Assembly (NCBI GenBank): GCA_963737265.1
Contig: CAVTRY010000014.1
Location: forward strand, 128,001-192,000
DNA length: 64,000 nt
Reading direction: 5' to 3'
Source: an uncultured delta proteobacterium
GTDB taxonomy: Bacteria; Myxococcota_A; Polyangia; Fen-1088
Under the pieces are notes generated by a model. That model ran no database searches. It was not told the origin of the DNA and was given only the letters and a program-made list of their open reading frames with translations. Below are positions 19,537 to 27,982 of the stretch, piece by piece; positions within the stretch are counted from its first letter, which is position 1, and every line of letters begins with the position of its first letter. Made by a program: the position numbers and the translations under genes.

Positions 19537-20103
19537 ATGCTCAATCCTGGGGTTCGCGCGAACGTGCCGTACACCTATCAGGAGTACTGCTATCTGCCGA
19601 ACGACGGCCGTCGCTACGAGATCATCGAGGGGGATCTTTACGTGACACCTTCGCCTTCTTCCATGCACCAGACTGTTTCACGTCGCCTGCAGTTCGCGCT
19701 CATGAGCCAGCTCGAGGTACCGGGGCTAGCCTACATCTTCGACGCCCCGTATGACGTTATCCTGGCCGAGACATCGGTGGTCGAGCCCGACCTTGTCATC
19801 ATTCGCAAGAGCCGCCGCGGCAGCATCTCGAAGCGTGGTTTCGAAGGGGCGCCCGACGTGGCCGTCGAGATCCTTTCGTCCTCCACCTGCGGCAACGACG
19901 TGTTCTTGAAAAAGGCCGCGTACGCCAGGGCTGGCATTCAGGAGTATTGGATCGTGGAGCCCGACCTCGGCCACGTCGAGGTATTTCGCCTGAAAGAGAG
20001 CGGTTACGATCAAGGCGTGCTCTTCGACCGTTCCGCCACCCTGACCTCACCGTCGTTTCCCGAAGTGGCCATCCCCCTCGCACCGATCTTCGAGCCGCTT
20101 TAG
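19537..20103 (+). CDS. Uma2-family endonuclease domain protein
   Basis: RYEIIEG, VVEPDL, PDVAVEILS, YARAGIQEYWIV; TATAAT 6 nt upstream of the ATG. Confidence 0.92.
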   Translation: MLNPGVRANVPYTYQEYCYLPNDGRRYEIIEGDLYVTPSPSSMHQTVSRRLQFALMSQLEVPGLAYIFDAPYDVILAETSVVEPDLVIIRKSRRGSISKRGFEGAPDVAVEILSSSTCGNDVFLKKAAYARAGIQEYWIVEPDLGHVEVFRLKESGYDQGVLFDRSATLTSPSFPEVAIPLAPIFEPL

Positions 20104-20287
20104 GGGCGCCTGCAGTTTCTAATCGCGCGGCGAAAACCGCGAGAACGGCGCTCGCTTTCGGCCCGTGCTCGCTGCCCACCTCCCCGCGCGGGCCTGGCAA
20201 TGCTGCGCTAGGAGGCAAAGGCTGGCAAGCGCAAGTAGCTGACTTCATGGTGGTTTAACCTGGTTTTCTGGCACTCTCCCGGCGCCC

Positions 20288-20315
20288 TTGACAGCGGCGG
20301 GTTGGTGCTTAACCT
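20288..20315 (+). promoter_or_regulatory. Putative sigma70 promoter for the fmdB-like/groES/groEL unit
   Basis: TTGACA (20288-20293), 16-bp spacer, TAACCT (20310-20315). Confidence 0.45.
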
Positions 20316-20367
20316 TTGTCTACCTGCTTCGCAGAGCAGCAGAACAAAACTAGACACCGAGCGACAG

Positions 20368-20739
20368 ATGCCAATTTACGAATACGAATGCCAGGCCTGC
20401 AACCATCGCTTCGAGGAATGGCAGAAGATGTCCGACAAGCCGGTCAAGGTTTGTCCGAAGTGCAAGGCGCGCAAGGTTGACAAGCTGATCAGCCACACGT
20501 CGTTCCAGCTCAAAGGTGGCGGTTGGTACAGCGATCTCTATTCCAGCCAGAAGCCGGGAAGCTCGGACAAGTCGGGCGACAAGCCCGAGTCGTCCGCCAG
20601 CAGCTCCGGGACGGGCGCCGACAAGAAGTCGGGCGCCGAGTCCAAGGCCGGCGAAACATCAGGTTCCACGTCCACGACCACGGACAGCAAAGACAAGAGC
20701 AAGGGCAAAAAGGGCGCGACCAAGGCAGCGGCTGCCTAG
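20368..20739 (+). CDS. FmdB-family zinc-ribbon protein
   Basis: MPIYEYECQAC..CPKC..FQLKGGGWY followed by a low-complexity S/K tail. Confidence 0.9.
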   Translation: MPIYEYECQACNHRFEEWQKMSDKPVKVCPKCKARKVDKLISHTSFQLKGGGWYSDLYSSQKPGSSDKSGDKPESSASSSGTGADKKSGAESKAGETSGSTSTTTDSKDKSKGKKGATKAAAA

Positions 20740-20830
20740 CACCGTCTGCCAGAGCAGAGCGACCTGAGCGCCGCGCATGACCGTTCGGACGTGTCCGAAC
20801 GGGTTCATTCAATCAAGGAGAAAACGGAAA

Positions 20831-21118
20831 ATGAAAGTCAGACCACTCTACGATCGCATCCTCGTCAAACGCGTTGAGGAAGAAACCAAGACCGCCGGCG
20901 GGCTCTTCATCCCCGACACCGCCAAGGAAAAGCCCCAGAAGGGCTTGGTCGTTGCCGCGGGCAACGGCAAGCTTCTGGAAAACGGATCGATTCGCAAGCT
21001 GGACGTCAAGGAGGGCGACAAGGTTCTCTTCTCCAAGTACTCCGGCAACGACATCAAGATGGACGGCGTCGAGCACTTGATCCTCCGCGAGGACGATGTC
21101 CTCGCCATTCTCGAGTAG
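20831..21118 (+). CDS. groES: Co-chaperonin GroES
   Basis: [30 protein letters not shown]; AAGGAG RBS. Confidence 0.98.
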   Translation: MKVRPLYDRILVKRVEEETKTAGGLFIPDTAKEKPQKGLVVAAGNGKLLENGSIRKLDVKEGDKVLFSKYSGNDIKMDGVEHLILREDDVLAILE

Positions 21119-21136
21119 ATACGAAAGGAAATCATC

Positions 21137-22792
<1,656 letters not shown>

Positions 22793-22797
22793 GTAGA

Positions 22798-22923
22798 CCC
22801 GCGCTCTGGCTTCGGCGGGCAAGGCCCGCCTCCGCCAAATGTCCGTGATGGGAACCCTGAAAGGGTTCCCAAACCCTCCCGCGCTCTGGCTTCGGCGGGC
22901 AAAGCCCGCCTCCGCCAAACGTC
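22798..22923. repeat. Left part of an 80-bp palindromic tandem-repeat array (about 1.5 units)
   Basis: GCGCTCTGGC at 22801 and 22881; hairpins GGGAACCCT-GAA-AGGGTTCCC and GGCGGGC-AAA-GCCCGCC. Confidence 0.92.
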
Positions 22924-23062
22924 GGGTTTGCCCGGACATTCGCGTCATCGACTGAATTACCGGGCAGCTAAAGGAATTGGCGGGCAACCGCGCCGCAACT
23001 AGCGAATGGGGCGGCGTCGCGTTACCATGGCGACGACTCTCAACCCCACCGTGGAGGCTCGC

Positions 23063-23254
23063 ATGAATTCCGACACGCAAATGATCGTCCTTGGCGTCGA
23101 AGCGGTCCTTGGCATCGTCATCCTGTTCGCTCAGGTCAAGCTGTTCTCCATCGCGTCCACATTGACCGATTCCAAGACGAAGCTGACCGCGATTAGCTCC
23201 ACCTTGGACGCGATCCTTCAGGAAATGCACAAGAACCGGGACAAGCAAGCGTAG
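23063..23254 (+). CDS. Small single-TM hypothetical protein (transposon cargo)
   Basis: GGAGG RBS before ATG 23063; hydrophobic helix then short coiled coil. Confidence 0.6.
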   Translation: MNSDTQMIVLGVEAVLGIVILFAQVKLFSIASTLTDSKTKLTAISSTLDAILQEMHKNRDKQA

Positions 23255-23263
23255 GATGAATCC

Positions 23264-23431
23264 ATGCGAAAGACTCCCTGGCATTCGACCAAGAAGGGCA
23301 CGAGGCACTACCACAACAACGGAAAGTGCGGTCCTGGGGGCGAGATACCAGACCGCAATCGAGCGACGGGACCTGGCACAGGGTTGACCCTTTGCGAAGA
23401 CTGCAAGAAGCTCAACAGAGATGGCAAGTAG
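23264..23431 (+). CDS. 55-aa His/Cys-motif small protein, putative metal-binding (cargo; not in ORF track)
   Basis: Hand translation MRKTPWHSTKKGTRHYHNNGKCGPGGEIPDRNRATGPGTGLTLCEDCKKLNRDGK; follows the previous gene by 9 nt. Confidence 0.65.
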   Translation: MRKTPWHSTKKGTRHYHNNGKCGPGGEIPDRNRATGPGTGLTLCEDCKKLNRDGK

Positions 23432-23435
23432 GAAG

Positions 23436-23828
23436 CTAGGCACGAAGCTTTCCTCCTCTCCACTTCGCTCGCTGGTCATGCTTCGGATCTTCGCGTAGAG
23501 CATCGGTCCTGACGAATTCGATTTCCCACTGCGGCCCGACAAGCTCTAGATCGAGGACATCCCAAACCCTGCAAAGACGGGCTACTTTCAGTCCATTCTG
23601 CTGTGCCACCGCGACCGCGCGCAGTCCTTCATAGTGTTCCCCGCTGAACCATACGGTGGGATCCCTTCGTGGGTGAGTATCGCCACCCTCGCAGGATTCG
23701 ATGGTTTCAATCCCGCCTTCTTGCAGAAGACGCACGGCCCTAGCAATGCCCTGATCGATAGGACGCGCGCCGCGACCTTCGGGAGGGGTTTTCCGCTCCC
23801 GCGTTATTGCCGAGCGCGATCCTCTCAT
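23436..23828 (-). CDS. Hypothetical protein with ID.GI..AV..L..GIET.ESCEGG..H motif (cargo)
   Basis: ATGA-coupled to the upstream HTH gene; globular composition. Confidence 0.65.
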   Translation of the reverse strand: MRGSRSAITRERKTPPEGRGARPIDQGIARAVRLLQEGGIETIESCEGGDTHPRRDPTVWFSGEHYEGLRAVAVAQQNGLKVARLCRVWDVLDLELVGPQWEIEFVRTDALREDPKHDQRAKWRGGKLRA

Positions 23829-24109
23829 GGCCTGACACCTACTTCTGGCCCACGTCCACAATGTGGGCATGTTCCGGCCAGAGGGTACCTCCCAGACACC
23901 ACGTCATCGAATAGCACGCACGCCAGCCTGGATACCTGGAAGGCCAGATTGACCGACGCTGGGTTGACGCCCTTGTCGATGTTTTTCATGGTGCTCAACT
24001 CGAAGCCAAGCGCCTTGGCGAGCATCTTCCACGTGCCCACTCGAATGCGCAGGAAGCGCAGAGCGGCCATGACGTTCGCCCGCTGCTCCTTGCTCAGTCC
24101 GCGTCTCAC
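23825..24109 (-). CDS. XRE-like HTH regulator with C-terminal CPHCG zinc knuckle
   Basis: WKMLAKALGFELSTMKNI HTH-like segment; GTGA coupling to the transposase stop. Confidence 0.75.
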   Translation of the reverse strand: MRRGLSKEQRANVMAALRFLRIRVGTWKMLAKALGFELSTMKNIDKGVNPASVNLAFQVSRLACVLFDDVVSGRYPLAGTCPHCGRGPEVGVRP

Positions 24110-25341
24110 GCTGTCACCTTCCTAAGAAAGCTTGGCTCTATGCCGAGCTTGTGCATGGCCATGACCAAGCACGACAGATTGTGACAGAGCACCTTGCACA
24201 AGATCTCGTTAACCTGTGCGGTGAAAGTCTTGGAGCGCACGGACTGGCCAAACTTGCGCTTGACCGCTGAAAAGGTGCTTTCGATGGCGCTGCGCTTGGA
24301 GTAGGCCGCGAGAAAATCCTCGTGCTTAAACATGAAGACCGCGCGCATCTTGCGCCACGCTGGCGATCCATCGTCCTGGCTGTTGATCTTGAAAGGTATG
24401 AATGGCGAAGCGCCGGCGGCTTCGATGGCGGCTAGATTCTCGTGCCCGAGATACGCCTTGTCCGCCGAGACTTCTGCCATGCCTACGAAGCGTTGCTTCG
24501 TAGCTTCCACCAAGCCGGGGAGTTGGGGAGAGTCCGCGCCGCTGCTGTCCGTAACCCGGACGGCGGTGATGATGTTTGTCGATGTTCCGATCATCGCGTG
24601 CGCCTTCAGCCAGGTATGCTCCTTCATCTCGCGTCCGTACTTCTGATCATACCAGCGACGGCAAATGGCAGTGCCAAAACCAGTCGAGTCCACCGCAAAG
24701 GCAGTCTCGACGGCGGCCAGGGGCTCCGCGCTTTGTTCTATCAGCTTCGTCAGAAGCTCGGTCACCTCGACCTTGTCGAAGTAGTCGATGATCGTGTTGT
24801 AGCGTGGCACCTTGGTCATGTGGCCAGCTTCGCCAGACGCTTCCAGGTCTGTCGTCGCGCGACGGGCGGACATCGCCACGTAGACCTTCATTACCATCGC
24901 AAAGACGGCGTCAGAGAGAGGCACTGGCTTGCGACCACGGCCCGCATGCGCCGGAGTCTTGATGCCGTCGCAGAGCCCACGCAGAAGGTGCTCAACCGTC
25001 TCCTTCTCCTCGCACTGGGCGGTGTTGTAGGCGTTCCAGTCGCGATCTTGCGGCGCCCGGCTGTAGCTGATGGACTGGGTAACAACGTCTCCCTTTTCAG
25101 ACTTCGCAACCGTCTGTGCGAATTCCACGGCCCACTGGTGCTTGCAGCGTATGCGGCGAAGCTCGAAATCGGGGCATGAGCAGGTGCCTTCCGCCACGTT
25201 GACGAGGTAGCCGCCCGATGGCTGGGTTTGCGATGGCACAAGCCAAGTCACGCCCGCCACGCACTTGATCCGGTTGTCATGCGAAAGCATCCTGCCGCGC
25301 TCTTGCCGAAGATCCGTTGTGCTCGCCTGCGTTGTCGTCAT
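24106..25341 (-). CDS. Transposase with N-terminal SWIM zinc finger and DDE_Tnp_1-like (IS4/IS5 superfamily) catalytic domain
   Basis: CSCPDF..CKH (SWIM); AVDSTGF, SADKAY, YSKRSAIESTFSAVKRKFG catalytic/YREK-like motifs. Confidence 0.9.
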   Translation of the reverse strand: MTTTQASTTDLRQERGRMLSHDNRIKCVAGVTWLVPSQTQPSGGYLVNVAEGTCSCPDFELRRIRCKHQWAVEFAQTVAKSEKGDVVTQSISYSRAPQDRDWNAYNTAQCEEKETVEHLLRGLCDGIKTPAHAGRGRKPVPLSDAVFAMVMKVYVAMSARRATTDLEASGEAGHMTKVPRYNTIIDYFDKVEVTELLTKLIEQSAEPLAAVETAFAVDSTGFGTAICRRWYDQKYGREMKEHTWLKAHAMIGTSTNIITAVRVTDSSGADSPQLPGLVEATKQRFVGMAEVSADKAYLGHENLAAIEAAGASPFIPFKINSQDDGSPAWRKMRAVFMFKHEDFLAAYSKRSAIESTFSAVKRKFGQSVRSKTFTAQVNEILCKVLCHNLSCLVMAMHKLGIEPSFLRKVTA

Positions 25342-25421
25342 GATTATATGTATACATTAGCGCGCGTGAAGATGCAAGGTAAATGTGTTGACAATAACAT
25401 GACGCCTGGTATCCTCAAATC
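25342..25421. promoter_or_regulatory. Divergent promoters of the transposase and RHH genes, with a palindromic operator
   Basis: + strand TTGACA(25388)-16 bp-TATCCT(25410) with TGn extension; - strand TTGCAT-17 bp-TATACA; palindrome ATGTATACAT at 25348-25357. Confidence 0.6.
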
Positions 25422-25604
25422 ATGAGCCCAGCACCACGCAAAAAGGCGTCAGAGCGACGCGAGACGCCACTCCAGATCCGTCTGACCGCAGAGGAAAAGA
25501 AGATGTTCACTGAGGCGGCCGACCGCGACCACCTATCAATATCGGCGTGGCTACGCCTGGCGGGCCTTCACGCCATCGAGAACCGACACAAGCTGAAGGG
25601 ATGA
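25422..25604 (+). CDS. Ribbon-helix-helix (DUF1778/MobC-like) DNA-binding protein
   Basis: LQIRLTAEEKKMFTEAADRDHLSISAWLR. Confidence 0.8.
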   Translation: MSPAPRKKASERRETPLQIRLTAEEKKMFTEAADRDHLSISAWLRLAGLHAIENRHKLKG

Positions 25605-25606
25605 TC

Positions 25607-26332
25607 CTACTCGTCATCGCCCTGACTGGGTGTCAGGCTGATTCCAAAATCACGAACGTCCTTACGCATCTCGACGATGACCTCGCTAATGTCTTCAATG
25701 TTTGAGTAGCGAGGCTTAGGCGATCCAACGATCTTGCCGCGTTTGTTCACATCCAATCTGGGTTTGCCCAGAATCTTCACTAGTTCGTCGAGCACCTGAC
25801 TCCGGAAGGCAGCGTTGTTCTTCAGTTCCTCAGTGTTAGCCCCAACGATGCCGCGTAGAGAACTCAACGAAGCCGAGAAATCCTCACGAGCCCCGCTCAC
25901 CCGAGCGGATTGAGTTTGATCGTACTGCTCCATGGCTTTCAAAAGCGAGGCAGAAACAGCCGCGAGTTGATCCGCAACCGGCGTTTCAAAGCCTGACAGC
26001 TTCTTCTCAAGACCCGCCAACCTGTTTTCATACTGCAACCCACGCCGCGCGTTTGCTTGAGTTTGTAGCGCGAAGTGAAGAACCAACATTGCCCACAGCG
26101 CGAAAGCAAGATTCAACAGAATAGCTCCGAGTCTTGCCTCGACGGATAGAAGCTGAGGCAATCCAAGAAAGAAGATGCACCCCAGGACGGTCACAACCAG
26201 CACACCGGCAATGATCTCTGCCGTCCTCGGGTTAAGACGTGGCATGACCCGCTCCGCCAAGCGCAAAAGACCAGCGATTGCTACAAACTCGATGAGCGCC
26301 CCTATGGCGGCTCCCAGAATGATGTCTCGCAT
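25607..26332 (-). CDS. Hypothetical 3-TM protein with C-terminal coiled coil (cargo)
   Basis: Three hydrophobic helices; visibly lower GC than the flanking genes; TAGCAT 8 nt upstream of the ATG. Confidence 0.65.
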   Translation of the reverse strand: MRDIILGAAIGALIEFVAIAGLLRLAERVMPRLNPRTAEIIAGVLVVTVLGCIFFLGLPQLLSVEARLGAILLNLAFALWAMLVLHFALQTQANARRGLQYENRLAGLEKKLSGFETPVADQLAAVSASLLKAMEQYDQTQSARVSGAREDFSASLSSLRGIVGANTEELKNNAAFRSQVLDELVKILGKPRLDVNKRGKIVGSPKPRYSNIEDISEVIVEMRKDVRDFGISLTPSQGDDE

Positions 26333-26473
26333 GGCGCGCGATGCTACCACCGCCGCCCCCGCGCCGTAAGCACGCCGCAGCGCCCGCGTGGCCCATCATG
26401 TCACCGGCCCCTTTCGGGAATTGCCGGGCAGCCGGGGGAATTCTCGGGCAGGTGAGAATTGGCGGGCAAGCCC

Positions 26474-26717
26474 CCAAACGTCCGTGATGGGAACCCTGAA
26501 AGGGTTCCCAAACCCTCCCGCGCTCTGGCTTCGGCGGGCAAAGCCCGCCTCCGCCAAACGTCCGTGATGGGAACCCTGAAAGGGTTCCCAAACCCTCCCG
26601 CGCTCTGGCTTCGGCGGGCAAAGCCCGCCTCCGCCAAACGTCCGTGATGGGAACCCTGAAAGGGTTCCCAAACCCTCCCGCGCTCTGGCTTCGGCGGGCA
26701 AAGCCCGCCTCCGCCAA
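26474..26717. repeat. Right part of the 80-bp palindromic tandem-repeat array (3 units)
   Basis: TCCGTGATGG at 26481, 26561 and 26641; identical units with no spacers. Confidence 0.95.
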
Positions 26718-26812
26718 CGCGGTCGCCCGAAAAGGTACTGTCTAGAGCGCCCGGCAGTTTTCCCGTCGGGCGTTTTTCTAGCGCCCTCCGCGGTGGCGGT
26801 TACAATGGAAGC

Positions 26813-27208
26813 GTGATCGCCGAAGTCGTGGACAATCGCAGAAGAGATCCTCGCATCGAGGTCTTCGCCCAGGCCGAGGTAAAGGCCAAGGATGTCCAGA
26901 TCATGGAGGTCCGCAATGTGTCCACGGGCGGGATCTATCTCGTCGGCACGTCCGCCCAATATCCCGACCTGGCTCCTGGCAAGGATCTCGGCCTCGTGAT
27001 CTTCGGCCTGGAAGATGGCTTGGGCGACGACCCGACCTTCAATATTGTCTGCCGTGCGCGCATCATTCGCATCGACGAGGGCTTTCCGGGCAAGCGTCCG
27101 CCCGGTTTCGGCGCCACCATCGATCCCATCGACGAAGACAACCGCGACCGCCTGACCAACCTGCTTTTGCGGGCCGACCATTTCCGGGCGGGCGATCCGC
27201 GCCGGTAG
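26813..27208 (+). CDS. PilZ-domain protein
   Basis: NRRRDPR (RxxxR) and NVSTGG (D/NxSxxG) motifs. Confidence 0.8.
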   Translation: MIAEVVDNRRRDPRIEVFAQAEVKAKDVQIMEVRNVSTGGIYLVGTSAQYPDLAPGKDLGLVIFGLEDGLGDDPTFNIVCRARIIRIDEGFPGKRPPGFGATIDPIDEDNRDRLTNLLLRADHFRAGDPRR

Positions 27209-27262
27209 TCGCGACAAGCACGAAAGTAGCGGAAGCCGCGGCCGAGTGGTAACAGGAAGAGA

Positions 27263-27634
27263 GTGTTGCGGCTTCTTAGGCTGATGTTCTTCCTGGGCTG
27301 TCTTGTGGCCCTGGCCTGGTTTGGCATGACCGTGCCACTCGGGGATCGAACCCTGTTCGAGCACGTGCAGGCGATCTTGAAAACGAATGCGTCGCAAGAT
27401 CTCTTGCGCGGCACCAAGGAAAAAATGAGCGACCTCGTGGATCGCGCGACCGACAAAGTCGTCAAGGGCGTTGCCAGGAATACGCCCAGCCAGGTCAACT
27501 CGCGCGGCGAGGGCGCGGGGCAAGAGCCAGGCGTCACTCCGCCTCCGCCACCTCCGATGGAAGACTTGCCCGCCAAGGATCGCAAGGCGCTGCGCGGGAT
27601 CATCGGGCAAGGTCGCCCCGTGAACAACCCGTGA
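27263..27634 (+). CDS. Hypothetical membrane-anchored protein
   Basis: N-terminal TM, VPLGDRTLFEHV motif, Pro-rich linker. Confidence 0.7.
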   Translation: MLRLLRLMFFLGCLVALAWFGMTVPLGDRTLFEHVQAILKTNASQDLLRGTKEKMSDLVDRATDKVVKGVARNTPSQVNSRGEGAGQEPGVTPPPPPPMEDLPAKDRKALRGIIGQGRPVNNP

Positions 27635-27645
27635 TGGGAAGAAAA

Positions 27646-27978
27646 ATGGAAGAGAACGATTACCGCCAGCGCGTGGATGAAATCTTCCGCCGCATCGACG
27701 CAGCCTTCGAAAACGTGGATCCCGATCTGGCTGAATCGGACTATGCCCAGGGCACGCTGGTCATTACCTTTCGCCAGGCGCACAAGTTGATCTTGTCGCC
27801 GCAGACGCCGCTGCGACAAATCTGGATGGCGTTTCGCGACCGCGCCTGGCATTTCGCCTTTGCAGAGACGAGCGGGCGACCAGAAACGTGGACCGACGAC
27901 CGCGGCCAGGGCGTGGAGTTGCTGGGGCTCATCGCAGAGCTAGCGCGCGAAAACGCCTCGTCACAGATAGCGTTCTGA
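27646..27978 (+). CDS. cyaY: Iron donor protein CyaY (frataxin)
   Basis: GTLVITF..LILSPQTPLRQIWMA..WHF..W.DDRG. Confidence 0.8.
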   Translation: MEENDYRQRVDEIFRRIDAAFENVDPDLAESDYAQGTLVITFRQAHKLILSPQTPLRQIWMAFRDRAWHFAFAETSGRPETWTDDRGQGVELLGLIAELARENASSQIAF

Positions 27979-27982
27979 CGTT

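Larger units (their letters stand above)
22924..26473. mobile_element. 3,550-bp cargo-carrying DDE transposon (transporter-IS-like)
   Basis: Direct repeat CCAAACGTC at 22915-22923 and 26474-26482; ends GGGTTTGCCCGGACATTC and (reverse complement) GGGCTTGCCCGCCAATTC; internal transposase; removing it restores a continuous 80-bp array. Confidence 0.88.

Noticed and set aside
19537-20103. Uma2 nuclease as a defence system
   Set aside because: A solitary Uma2 gene is common and multicopy in such genomes; no partner genes nearby
20268-20312. CIRCE element upstream of groES/groEL
   Set aside because: Only a partial left half (CTGGCACTC) is present, with no GAGTGCTAA at 9-bp spacing
26474-26717. 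CRISPR array
   Set aside because: The 80-bp units are identical end to end with no unique spacers, and no cas genes are present
22798-26717. Island bounded by long direct repeats (att sites or composite transposon)
   Set aside because: The 9-bp duplication and TIRs show an insertion into one pre-existing tandem array; there is no integrase
26232-27610. ORFs spanning the 80-bp array
   Set aside because: Their translations are just the repeat read in rotating frames, plus antisense of real genes
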